Under the pieces are notes generated by a model. That model saw only the letters and a list, made by a program, of their open reading frames with translations, did not search any database and was not told the origin of the DNA. The translations under genes were made by a program, and so were the position numbers. A DNA stretch of 64,000 nt from the NCBI GenBank assembly GCA_964596645.1, contig CAZQVB010000007.1, positions 36,875 to 100,874 of the forward strand, given 5' to 3'. Below are positions 55,518 through 64,000 of this stretch, piece after piece. Numbering within the stretch: position 1 is the stretch's first letter; each line of letters opens with the position of its first letter. The DNA is from an uncultured Roseivirgaceae bacterium. GTDB lineage: Bacteria; Bacteroidota; Bacteroidia; Cytophagales; Cyclobacteriaceae.

Positions 55518-58500
55518 TTAAGCTTTCACCGCTTTGGCTTCTTTCTGCCTTGTGATCAGGTCGAGGGCGGTGGGTGTGGCCACAAAGACGGATGAATATG
55601 TGCCCACGATGATGCCCACAAAAATGGCGAAAGAGAAACCGCGAAGTACCTCCCCGCCAAATATCAGCAAGATCAACACCACCAGCAGTGTGGTGAGCGA
55701 GGTCATCAGCGTTCTGTTCAGCGTGTTGTTGAGCGATAGATTGAAGGTGTCGATCAACTTCTCATGCGGACGTACCTGCAGATTTTCCCTGATCCTGTCA
55801 AAGACCACCACAGTATCGTTGATGGAGTAACCAATCACGGTGAGCAATGCCGCTATGAATACCTGATCTGCCTCAAATGTTTTGCCCAACAGGCGTGCAT
55901 AGGCAAAAGCAGCAAGCACAGCCAATACGTCGTGGAACAACGCAATGATGGCCCCCGTGCTGAATTGCCAGCGCTTAAAGCGGATAAGGATGTACAGGAA
56001 TATGGCGATGAGTGCAAAAATCATAGACTCTACCGACGCCCGTTTGATGTCGTCGGCTATGGTGGCACCCACCTTCGATGAACTCAGTATGGTAAACGAG
56101 GTGTTGTCTATCAAATCAGCATTTTCAATGAACGACTTACCGGTGGTACTTTCCAAGCCAGAGATCAACTGCCGGCGCACGTTCTCATCAGCCTCCGTCG
56201 ACTCATCATCGATCAGGTAGCTGGTGGTCACTTTTACCACGGTGTTGGAGCCGTATGTTTTCACTTCCGTACCGGTATTTTCAAAAGTACCCGACAAGTC
56301 TGTCTTCAGCTGCGAAGCCACGACAGGCTCGTTGAACTCAACCACATAGGAACGGCCACCCGTGAAGTCGACACCGAAATTGAGCCCGCCCTGCAACACG
56401 AGCAGTATAAGGCCTATGCTTATAAACAGCGCCGAGCCGATATATGCCTTGCGGCGTGCCCCCAGGAAGTTGATGTTAAGGTTGCTGAGCAGGTTTCTGG
56501 AAAATGGTGTTTCAAAAGAAACTTTACTCTGGTCGCCACGCTTGGTCATCCAGGTCACGATCACCCGGCTAATGAACACCGCGGTGAAAAACGAACAGGC
56601 AATACCGATCATCAGCGTAGTGGCAAAACCTTTTACCGGGCCCTGGCCCAGCACAAAGAGAATAAGGCCAATGATGAACGTGGTGACGTTGGCATCGATG
56701 ATGGAGCTGTAAGCTTTCTCATATCCCAGCGATATAGACCTGAGCAGCGGCACGCCGTTGCGCAGCTCTTCACGTATACGCTCAAAAATAAGTACGTTGG
56801 CATCGATGGCCATACCGATGGTGAGCACGATACCAGCCACGCCCGGCAGGGTGAGTGATGCGTTGAGCTGGGCAAGTATACCGAGTATAAAGAAGATGTT
56901 GAACAACAAAGAAACGTTGGCCACCAGGCCGCCTTTGGAATAGTAAGCCACCATGAAAAGCACCACAATCACCATACCGGCTATCACCGAGGTGATGCCC
57001 TGGCGTGATGCCTCCCTGCCCAGCGAGGGTCCTATCACTTCTTCTTCTACAATACGCGTACGGGCGGGCAAGGCGCCGGCTTCCAGCACATTGGCCAGGT
57101 CGCGTGCTTCTTCCAGCGTGAAGTCGCCGGTAATGATGGACTGGCCATTGGGTATTTCGTTTTGCACACGCGGTGCCGAGTACACGTAGTTGTCGAGCAC
57201 TATGGCGATGCGCCTGTTGATGTTTTCGGCGGTGAGCCTGCGCCAGTTGCGCGCACCTTCTGCATTCATACTCATAGATACGGCCGGTGCGGTACGCTCA
57301 TCGTAGCTCTGTACGGCGTTAGTTACTACCTCCCCGGTGAGTGGCGCCTTACCATTGCGGCCTGCCTGCAGCGCATACAGTTGTAGTACTTCTTCGCCTT
57401 CTTCAAGCGTAGTGGTCTTCACCTCCCATGCAAAGTGCACATTGGGCGGCAACAAGCCCTTCATGTCGCCACGCATCAGCCGCTCCAGTATTCGGTTTAC
57501 CTTGCTGGTATCTTTCAGGTTTACCATGCCATAGGGGAAGCGGATCATGTTGAAAAACTCCGACACCTGTGTGTTGGTCAATGAGTCGAGATTGGAGGCA
57601 GATGTATCGGCCTGTGCAATGGCGGCGGTGTCGGTGTCGGCGCCCAGCAGTGCCGACAGATCATCGTCTGCGGGTTGTGCAGATGTGGCACCATCTTCAA
57701 CGCCCTCTGCAGCGCTGAGCGAGGAAGCACTCAGACGCTCTTCATCGGCCAGGCGTGTGTTGATGGTGGAAAGTGCGCCAACCAGGCGCTGATCATTGAG
57801 ATCGACCACGTTCAAAAACTCCAGATGCGCTACGCCCTGTAGTAGCTTGCGCACCCTTTCCTGATTCTCTACACCGGGCAGCTCTATCTGAATGCGGCCG
57901 GTACCTGGTATGCGCTGTATGTTGGGCGAAGACGTGCCGAAGCGGTCTACCCGTGTGCGCAAGATGTTGAATGAACGCGATATCGCCTGGTCTACCTCTT
58001 CGTTGATCACGTCGATCACATCGGCCTCGGTAGACGAGCCACTGATGCGATCGCGGTTGGCGGCGGAGGTAAATACCTGGGCCATGGGAAGGTCTGGATT
58101 GACCTCACCCCACGCGTCGCGAAAAAGGTCAACAAAACCTGCTTCGCTGGAGCGCTGCATTTCCCGAGCGCGCTCTATGGCGCGGTTCAGTGCAGGGTTC
58201 TCGCTGTTGGCCGCCAGCCCGCGTATGATGTCTACCGGCGATACTTCCAGCGTCACGTGCATGCCGCCTTGCAAATCCAGACCGAGGCTCAGCTCAGTCT
58301 CTTTGATGTCTTTGTAGGTGTATTCGATGCCGAACAGGTTCCAGACGGGTTCGTTCCAGATGGAGTCCAGGTACGACTGCTTTTTGGCAAAGCTGACGTT
58401 GCCACTGGCATCGGTGGCAAACTCGCGGGCATCTTGCTGCACACCGCGCGATATAAATGTAAACGACAGATAGTACAGGCACAGCAGCGTAACGATGGCT

Positions 58501-58532
58501 GTGAGCACTATGATTATTCCTTTATTTCTCAT
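55518..58532 (-). CDS. secDF: Fused protein translocase subunit SecDF
   Basis: 1004 aa. N-terminal transmembrane segment, a large periplasmic domain (GLDLQGG), then two six-helix transmembrane bundles (SecD then SecF) with the ..GYSINDTVVVFDRIRE motif. Confidence 0.97.
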   Translation of the reverse strand: MRNKGIIIVLTAIVTLLCLYYLSFTFISRGVQQDAREFATDASGNVSFAKKQSYLDSIWNEPVWNLFGIEYTYKDIKETELSLGLDLQGGMHVTLEVSPVDIIRGLAANSENPALNRAIERAREMQRSSEAGFVDLFRDAWGEVNPDLPMAQVFTSAANRDRISGSSTEADVIDVINEEVDQAISRSFNILRTRVDRFGTSSPNIQRIPGTGRIQIELPGVENQERVRKLLQGVAHLEFLNVVDLNDQRLVGALSTINTRLADEERLSASSLSAAEGVEDGATSAQPADDDLSALLGADTDTAAIAQADTSASNLDSLTNTQVSEFFNMIRFPYGMVNLKDTSKVNRILERLMRGDMKGLLPPNVHFAWEVKTTTLEEGEEVLQLYALQAGRNGKAPLTGEVVTNAVQSYDERTAPAVSMSMNAEGARNWRRLTAENINRRIAIVLDNYVYSAPRVQNEIPNGQSIITGDFTLEEARDLANVLEAGALPARTRIVEEEVIGPSLGREASRQGITSVIAGMVIVVLFMVAYYSKGGLVANVSLLFNIFFILGILAQLNASLTLPGVAGIVLTIGMAIDANVLIFERIREELRNGVPLLRSISLGYEKAYSSIIDANVTTFIIGLILFVLGQGPVKGFATTLMIGIACSFFTAVFISRVIVTWMTKRGDQSKVSFETPFSRNLLSNLNINFLGARRKAYIGSALFISIGLILLVLQGGLNFGVDFTGGRSYVVEFNEPVVASQLKTDLSGTFENTGTEVKTYGSNTVVKVTTSYLIDDESTEADENVRRQLISGLESTTGKSFIENADLIDNTSFTILSSSKVGATIADDIKRASVESMIFALIAIFLYILIRFKRWQFSTGAIIALFHDVLAVLAAFAYARLLGKTFEADQVFIAALLTVIGYSINDTVVVFDRIRENLQVRPHEKLIDTFNLSLNNTLNRTLMTSLTTLLVVLILLIFGGEVLRGFSFAIFVGIIVGTYSSVFVATPTALDLITRQKEAKAVKA

Positions 58533-58614
58533 GACTTGTTGATTTACAAAAAACGATAAACGCCCTCCTTGCCGGGGGGCTAAATTTGGGATGCGAAAAC
58601 TCTAAAGGATCAGG

Positions 58615-58947
58615 CTACGGCGCGTTGGGCGATATGATCTGCCGGAAAAGTGTGCGATAAAATGGGGTATAATATATCGCAGTGCTGATGACTGAATGCA
58701 CGCGCTCATTTTCAATAAGCGGTTGCTCCATTTCGAAGCAAAAGTCGCAATGAAAGACCAGTTGGGCTACTTGTACGATGGCGTTGAAATGCCCAACTAC
58801 AATTCTGGCAGTTTCTTCCTTTTCCTCTCCGGCACTTTGAGCACAACCCTCCTGCTCTGCCGGCAGCTCTTTGAGCGGAAGGCTCTGGGTGGTGAATGCC
58901 AGCAGCACCAGTATGATAGTCGCTACAGAAAAAATCGATTTAAACAC
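58615..58947 (-). CDS. Hypothetical small secreted or membrane-anchored protein (110 aa)
   Basis: N-terminal hydrophobic segment MFKSIFSVATIILVLLAFT and a His/Cys cluster HFNAIVQVAQLVFHCDFCFE. No family recognised, and coding status is not proven. Confidence 0.35.
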   Translation of the reverse strand: MFKSIFSVATIILVLLAFTTQSLPLKELPAEQEGCAQSAGEEKEETARIVVGHFNAIVQVAQLVFHCDFCFEMEQPLIENERVHSVISTAIYYTPFYRTLFRQIISPNAP

Positions 58948-59036
58948 CAGATACTTTGTTTGTTAAGCCTTTTTGCCCTGCTGATGAAAGGCCGACAAAT
59001 GTAAGAAGAATTGCATATAAAGCAATCTGCCAAAAA

Positions 59037-59666
59037 TTAACTTTTGCCTGTCATTAGGCGGCTTTCCAAATAGGCTACCAGCACATGCAACGCTTTTTCA
59101 AAGCCTCTGTTGTTGGGTATAACCAGATCCACGTCGTCTTTATAAGGCGCTATGAATTTTTCGTAGACGGGCGTCACGTGGTGTACATAGCGGTAGAGCA
59201 CGTCGTGAAGGTCGTAGCCCCGCTCTTTTTCATCGCGCAGTATGCGGCGGTGTATTTTTACCGATTCCCGGGCATCTATAAAAAGTCGTAGGTCGAACAG
59301 TGAGCGGATGCGTGGATAATGATATACCAATATGCCTTCTACCAGTATGATGGGAGCCGGCAGAAATTCCAGCCACCGGGGTTCAGTATCCGGATTGTTG
59401 AAAGTGTACTCCGGCAGGGTCACCTTTTCGTACCTGCTCAGGCGCATCAAATCTTCATAAAAACGCTCTTCATCCACACTCTCGGGCATATCAAAATTTT
59501 CTATGCCACTGGTGTCGAGGGGTTGCAGGGCTTTTGCTTTGTAGTAATTGTCCTGGCTCACCAGGCATATCTGTGCCGGTGTGAAATGCCCCAGCAACGC
59601 CCGCAAAAAATGTGTTTTTCCTGAGCCACTACCACCGCACAAGCCTATGAAGATGGGTCTGCTCAT
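59037..59666 (-). CDS. udk: Uridine kinase
   Basis: I trimmed the start to MSRPIFIGLCGGSGSGKTHF (P-loop). Motifs VSQDNYY, ILVEGI and the RRILRD region. The ATG overlaps the rdgB stop (ATGA). Confidence 0.92.
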   Translation of the reverse strand: MSRPIFIGLCGGSGSGKTHFLRALLGHFTPAQICLVSQDNYYKAKALQPLDTSGIENFDMPESVDEERFYEDLMRLSRYEKVTLPEYTFNNPDTEPRWLEFLPAPIILVEGILVYHYPRIRSLFDLRLFIDARESVKIHRRILRDEKERGYDLHDVLYRYVHHVTPVYEKFIAPYKDDVDLVIPNNRGFEKALHVLVAYLESRLMTGKS

Positions 59667-60244
59667 GCGTTCTGTTCCTTTAAAAAAGAAACCAGTTGGC
59701 GCATAGCGCGTGCCCTGTGGCTTATTTCGTTTTTTTCTTCCATGGTCATTTCTGCAAAAGTACGGGTATGGCCTTCGGGTACAAACACCGGATCGTAGCC
59801 AAAGCCTTCGCTCCCGCGCATCTCCTCCGTGATGTAGCCGCGTACGATGCCTTCGAAATAATGAATACGCCCCTTCCAATATAAGGCCATCACTGTGCGA
59901 AACCGGGCCTGGCGATCCTGCTTGCCGCTCAGGTTATGGAGCAGCAGCGATATGTTGTCGGCGTTGCTTCTGGCCTCGCCCGCGTAGCGTGCCGAGCGCA
60001 CTCCCGGTGCACCATCCAGCGCAGCCACTTCCAGACCGGTATCGTCGGCGAAGCAGTCGATATGAAACTTTTGATGTATAAACTGTGCTTTTTGCAGTGC
60101 ATTGGCCTGCAGTGTGTCGCCTGTTTCGGCAAGTTCGGCTGTATGGCCCAGCTCTGCCGGTGACACTATGAAAAAAGAAGCTCCGAGAAGCCTGCTGACT
60201 TCCCGGAGCTTGTTGTCATTGTTGGTGGCAAAACAAATCTTCAT
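59663..60244 (-). CDS. rdgB: Non-canonical purine NTP pyrophosphatase (RdgB/HAM1)
   Basis: Motifs MKICFATNNDNKLRE, ADDTGLEV, GAPGVRSARYAG and GFGYDPVF. Confidence 0.93.
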   Translation of the reverse strand: MKICFATNNDNKLREVSRLLGASFFIVSPAELGHTAELAETGDTLQANALQKAQFIHQKFHIDCFADDTGLEVAALDGAPGVRSARYAGEARSNADNISLLLHNLSGKQDRQARFRTVMALYWKGRIHYFEGIVRGYITEEMRGSEGFGYDPVFVPEGHTRTFAEMTMEEKNEISHRARAMRQLVSFLKEQNA

Positions 60245-60270
60245 GCCCTATTGGCTATTGTCTATAGTAG

Positions 60271-61194
60271 CTATTGCAGCCCACCGAAATTCTCCACCCG
60301 TACGCCGAACACCAGTACAGCGTTGGGCGGTATATCACCCTGGCCGGCCTCTCTGTAGCCATAAGTAGAAGGCACAAAAAATGTAGCCGAATCGCCCTGC
60401 TGCAGGTTTTCAAAACCCATGTGAAAACCGGGTATCACCTGTCCGGTTGCATACCTGAACTGAAAAGGTGTAGGCGGCGTGCGCTTGTAAGAGTTGTCGT
60501 ACTCATTGCCGCCTAGTGACTGGAGTATATAATGCGTAGTAATGGACTGATTGTACACCGGTGTAGGCCCGCTGCCCGACTTGTGTATCACGTAGCGTGT
60601 GCCATATCGCTCGTCTATCTCAGCATTGAACGACTTATCCTCAATGTATTCATCGATTTTCACCAGTTCACTTTCCAGGTTTTTGATGGCTTCAAATTTC
60701 ACATTGTACACCAATATGCTGTTGGCGGGCACATTGTTGCCAACGCTTTGATTTTGATAGCCCAGTGGTGAAGGCACATAAATGGTGGCCGAATCACCCA
60801 CCTGCAGTGCATGTATTCCAATGTTGAGGCCTGCGGTAGCCCCGCCCTCATTGCCCTGGCCCAGCACAAACTCTCTTGGGTTTGTTTCACCAAAAGTATC
60901 GACAAACTTAGTCCCGTCCAGGGTAAATCCCTGAAAGCGCACCCGCACTTTGCCGCCATAGTATGGCATATAGCCATCGCCCTCATCGTGCACTTGGTAG
61001 TACACGCCCGATGAGTCGTATTGGGCATTGATGCCATTGCCGGTCAGGTAGGTCTGAAGCGTTTGGATATCCTGCTGAAAATATTGGTTGGCGTCATACA
61101 CATCGTCCTCTTTGAGGCAGCCTGTCAGAAATGTTACTGAAATAAGGCATGCCGCAAAAGCTCCTCGCATCCAATGTTGATCTACTTTTTTCAT
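60271..61194 (-). CDS. FKBP-type peptidyl-prolyl isomerase lipoprotein with two tandem FKBP-like domains
   Basis: Lipobox FLTGC. Two repeats each end in ..PPNAVLVF.V / ..PANSILVYNVKF, with GD..T.YVPS..GY motifs. Confidence 0.85.
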   Translation of the reverse strand: MKKVDQHWMRGAFAACLISVTFLTGCLKEDDVYDANQYFQQDIQTLQTYLTGNGINAQYDSSGVYYQVHDEGDGYMPYYGGKVRVRFQGFTLDGTKFVDTFGETNPREFVLGQGNEGGATAGLNIGIHALQVGDSATIYVPSPLGYQNQSVGNNVPANSILVYNVKFEAIKNLESELVKIDEYIEDKSFNAEIDERYGTRYVIHKSGSGPTPVYNQSITTHYILQSLGGNEYDNSYKRTPPTPFQFRYATGQVIPGFHMGFENLQQGDSATFFVPSTYGYREAGQGDIPPNAVLVFGVRVENFGGLQ

Positions 61195-62066
61195 TCTTGT
61201 TTTTCTACATTTAACAGTTCTACATCAAATTTCAGTACACTGTTTGGGCCAATTACACCGCCTGCGCCGCGCTGGCCATAGGCCATGTTGGAGGGAATAT
61301 ACAATGTGCCTTTGCCACCTTCTTTGAAAAGCGCTATGCCCTCGTCCCAGCCGGGTATTACCATGCCCTGGCCTATGTTGAAGGAAAAGGGGCCTCTTTC
61401 CAGTGATGAGTCAAATTGCTCGCCATCCAGCAGCGAACCGGTATAGTGCACTTCTACCTTATCGCCAGGTACGGGGCTCTCGCCTGTTCCTTCTTCTGTG
61501 ATCACGTAACGCAGACCCGATTCTGTGCTTTGCGCCTCAATGTTCTCGCCCTTCAGGTACTCGTCTATTGTAGCGATGTCTTTCTGCAGTTGCTCTTCTG
61601 CTTTATCGGCCAGGTAGGCTTCATATTCTTCGGGAAGCATCACCCGGGTTACGCCGATTTCGAAGGTAATATCACCGGCAGAATCAAGCTCGGCAGGCAC
61701 CGCTGTTCTGAATGACTCTTCAAACAATGTTTTGGTTGGAATCTTCAACACTACGCTGTCGCCTTCACTCAGTGTGAGCAGGGCCTTGTAGAAAGGGCCG
61801 CCATCTTGCCAGTCGCTCAATGATACGGGTATGGCTATTTCACCGCCTTGCTGCTCAGAAGAGAAAAGTACCGAGTCGGAAGCATCTTTATATAAAAAAT
61901 TGAATCCTACATAAGAGCCATCCTGTGGCTTGGTGCCTTCCGTCTGGCGAATAAACTTATAGCGGTAGCCATCTTCTGATTCTTGGAACTGATCGCCGCT
62001 GTCGCAGGCTATTCCGGCAAGGGCTATGGCAATAAATAATGCAATTGATTTCAAACTTTTTCTCAT
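61191..62066 (-). CDS. FKBP-type peptidyl-prolyl isomerase lipoprotein
   Basis: Lipobox LAGIAC. The C-terminal canonical FKBP domain reads VEVHYTGSLLDGEQFDSS....F.IGQGMVIPGWDEGI...GGKGTLYIPS..AYG. Its stop overlaps the ATG of the downstream FKBP gene (ATGA). Confidence 0.88.
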   Translation of the reverse strand: MRKSLKSIALFIAIALAGIACDSGDQFQESEDGYRYKFIRQTEGTKPQDGSYVGFNFLYKDASDSVLFSSEQQGGEIAIPVSLSDWQDGGPFYKALLTLSEGDSVVLKIPTKTLFEESFRTAVPAELDSAGDITFEIGVTRVMLPEEYEAYLADKAEEQLQKDIATIDEYLKGENIEAQSTESGLRYVITEEGTGESPVPGDKVEVHYTGSLLDGEQFDSSLERGPFSFNIGQGMVIPGWDEGIALFKEGGKGTLYIPSNMAYGQRGAGGVIGPNSVLKFDVELLNVEKQE

Positions 62067-62142
62067 GTCTCTACGATTTGTTTATTTTTTGTTTTCAGAT
62101 AATTATTGGGAACTCAGGGCCATGCACGCTGGCCCGCTGATT

Positions 62143-63180
62143 TCAGAGGCTGGTTTCTTTGATGTGGTTGATCTTCAACTGTTTTTCATACGTTTTTACA
62201 ATGGATTCAAATTGCACCACAGTGTCTTCCAGGTTCTCTTTGCTTGTGCCGCCGGCGGCATTGGGGTGCCCGCCACCGTCGAAGTATTTTCTGGCAAACT
62301 CGTTGACTGAAAAGCTGCCTTTGGAGCGCAATGAGAGCCTCACTCCTTCCGGCCGCTCTATGATCACGGCGCTGAACACTACGTCTTTAAGCGAGAGGCC
62401 GTAATTGACCAGTCCCTCAGTATCGCCTGTTTTGGAATTGTATTTTTTCAAATCTTCTGCACTGATCCAGAAGTAAGCTGTGCGAAATTTCTTCATCACC
62501 CTCAACTTTCTGCTTAACGCATAGCCGATGAATTTCAGTCTGTCGAGCGAGTTATTATCGTAAATCAGCTTACCTACTTTGGCCGTATCGGCACCCAGGG
62601 TTATAAGTTCTGCCGTCACCAGGTGTACGTTACGCGTAGTGTTGGGGTGCTTGAACTGGCCCGTGTCGGTAAGTATGCCGGCATAGAGGCATTCGGCGAT
62701 GGGCGGATCGATCAATGCTTCGTCGCCCAGATCGCGGATGAGCTCGTACACCAGCTCTGCCGTGGCGGCTGCCTCCACGCTCCAAAACTGATACGCGGCA
62801 AAGGGCTCCGGCTCCAGGTGGTGATCGATCAGCACCTTTGGGCAGGAAGACTTACCGACAACCTCACCCAAAGCATTGATCCTTTTCAGACTGTTGAAGT
62901 CGAGGCAAAAAATGAGATCTGCATCGGCAACCAACTGGTCAGCTTCAGCTTTTTTGGCCTCATCATCATAATTGATCACCCGCTCGGCACCCGGCATCCA
63001 GCTCAGAAAATCGGGAAAATCGGAAGGCGAAATAACCCGCACGTTATGTCCTTTTTTTTGAAGGTATCCGGCAAGGCCGAGAGATGAACCCAATGCGTCG
63101 GCGTCGGGCTTGTAGTGCGTCGTGATGACGATTTGTCGGGGGGATTCAAGAATTTTTTTAAGAGAATTCAAGTGCTGCAT
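62143..63180 (-). CDS. nrnA: DHH/DHHA1 family phosphoesterase (NrnA-like oligoribonuclease / pAp phosphatase)
   Basis: Motifs HYKPDADALGS, LIDHH and GGGHPNAAG (DHHA1). Confidence 0.85.
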   Translation of the reverse strand: MQHLNSLKKILESPRQIVITTHYKPDADALGSSLGLAGYLQKKGHNVRVISPSDFPDFLSWMPGAERVINYDDEAKKAEADQLVADADLIFCLDFNSLKRINALGEVVGKSSCPKVLIDHHLEPEPFAAYQFWSVEAAATAELVYELIRDLGDEALIDPPIAECLYAGILTDTGQFKHPNTTRNVHLVTAELITLGADTAKVGKLIYDNNSLDRLKFIGYALSRKLRVMKKFRTAYFWISAEDLKKYNSKTGDTEGLVNYGLSLKDVVFSAVIIERPEGVRLSLRSKGSFSVNEFARKYFDGGGHPNAAGGTSKENLEDTVVQFESIVKTYEKQLKINHIKETSL

Positions 63181-63442
63181 AACTCCACCCGAAATGAGGG
63201 CTCAAAAACAGTGTGCAAAACTGCGAATAAAATGTAAGAAAGAAAAATAACGCATACAGGCCGCAGCTGCATGCACAGTGCCAGACATTCTTTTCAAAAA
63301 ACGGCATGTGTCTCAGTGTGTAATCAATCGTATGCCCCCTCCATGGTATTGTAATTGAGCGGGCCGCTATCCCTAACATCAATGAATGCCCTCGTGGAGG
63401 AAATTAATTGCGGCATCACCGGTCTATTCTGTTGTTGTCTTT

Positions 63443-63450
63443 TATTTTTG
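63443..63450 (+). promoter_or_regulatory. Candidate -7 box (TATTTTTG) for ndk
   Basis: Exact TAnnTTTG match 32 nt upstream of the ndk ATG at 63482. Confidence 0.4.
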
Positions 63451-63481
63451 CTGGCAGATCATTACAAAAATTAATAACGAT

Positions 63482-63901
63482 ATGTCAGGAAACAGAACAT
63501 TTACCATGGTAAAGCCCGACGCAGTGGGCGACGGAAACAGCGGTGCAATCATCAAAATGATGCAAGAGGGCGGATTTCGTATAGTGGCGATGAAGATGCT
63601 TAAACTCACCCCCGAACGCGCCGGACAATTCTACGAAGTGCATAAAGAAAGGCCATTTTATAAAGATCTTTGCGCCTATATGTCTTCAGGGCCCATCATT
63701 GCCATGATTCTGGAAAAAGACAATGCTGTGGAGGATTTTCGCAAACTGATCGGGGCCACTGATCCATCGAAAGCAGAAGAAGGCACCATCCGGAAATTAT
63801 ATGCACGCTCCATAGAGGCCAACGCCGTGCACGGTGCCGACTCAGACGAAAACGCACTGCGCGAAGGCAACTTCTACTTCAGTGAGTTGGAGAAATTTTA
63901 G
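63482..63901 (+). CDS. ndk: Nucleoside diphosphate kinase
   Basis: I trimmed the start to [15 protein letters not shown]. Motifs GPIIAMILE and NAVHGADS (catalytic His). Confidence 0.97.
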   Translation: MSGNRTFTMVKPDAVGDGNSGAIIKMMQEGGFRIVAMKMLKLTPERAGQFYEVHKERPFYKDLCAYMSSGPIIAMILEKDNAVEDFRKLIGATDPSKAEEGTIRKLYARSIEANAVHGADSDENALREGNFYFSELEKF

Positions 63902-64000
63902 GGCAACCGTGCAATGGCCCTTCTGCTGGCGGAGTGCAACAATGAACACCTCTGCCAGCAGCTTGCTGTTTTGATACAAACTTTGTTGAGAAACACTATT

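Noticed and set aside
62117-62135. The GGGCCA-N7-TGGCCC hairpin just downstream of the nrnA stop (minus strand).
   Set aside because: The stem is only 6 bp and has no following U-tract. It could be a weak terminator but is not supportable as a feature.
63902-64000. A possible 3' end of a minus-strand gene entering from beyond the window edge.
   Set aside because: Two minus-strand frames stay open for about 33 and 52 codons respectively. One of them overlaps the ndk coding end, and neither translation shows a recognisable motif. There is too little sequence to call.
1-64000. A search by eye for tRNA, rRNA, tmRNA, RNase P or SRP RNA, riboswitches, transposases, integrases, prophage genes and toxin-antitoxin pairs.
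   Set aside because: - Intergenic regions are short (mostly under 250 bp), and none shows tRNA-like T-arm/anticodon architecture or a riboswitch core that I recognise.
- No ORF has transposase, integrase or phage hallmarks.
- A covariance-model scan (Infernal/Rfam, tRNAscan-SE) would be needed for a definitive negative.

Overview
This 64-kb window reads as a core-chromosome segment of a Bacteroidota bacterium. Three things support that placement: the mutY-ssb-gldE-gldD gliding-motility synteny, a fused SecDF, and A-rich leaders that lack Shine-Dalgarno sequences but carry TAnnTTTG '-7' promoter boxes.

I can support about 60 protein-coding genes, and almost all are housekeeping:
- DNA repair and replication: mutY (partial), ssb, recG, rdgB, yraN.
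- Translation: rplU, rpmA, proS.
- Secretion: secA, secDF.
- Cofactor and precursor synthesis: lipB, folP, panC, panD, aroK, glmS, manA, rfaE domain II, ndk, udk.
- c-di-AMP synthesis: cdaA.
- Envelope and membrane: NfeD-FloA, TauE, a Na/Pi cotransporter, a PiT-like protein, an alanine:cation symporter (AGCS family), FKBP lipoproteins, DUF4136 lipoproteins and beta-barrels.
- Scattered enzymes: S9 peptidase, M20 amidohydrolase, acyl-CoA dehydrogenase, sulfatase, GGGP-synthase-like protein, aldo/keto reductase, alpha/beta hydrolase and a hotdog-fold (thioesterase-type) protein.

I found no rRNA, tRNA, CRISPR array, transposase, integrase or recognisable defence or toxin-antitoxin module.

The most unusual items are:
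1. A two-gene module downstream of proS (24684-27773). It encodes a secreted low-complexity protein (Gly/Trp/Phe-rich core plus a roughly 200-aa Ser/Arg-rich tail) preceded by a perfect Shine-Dalgarno sequence, followed by a large FadL/PorV-like outer-membrane barrel.
2. A nested palindromic repeat array in the rpmA/lipB convergent gap (6617-6931).
3. A DUF4136 / beta-barrel / DUF4136 envelope cluster with Gly-Trp-Tyr loops.
4. A divergent pair of phosphate-transporter-type genes, one of which has degenerate PiT signatures.
5. An AGCS symporter with an inserted soluble domain.

All functional calls come from motifs and gene order read by eye. No alignments or database searches were run. The ORF track opens at the first ATG/GTG/TTG, so many of its starts are over-extended; I trimmed them where a signal peptide or family N-terminus made the real start evident.
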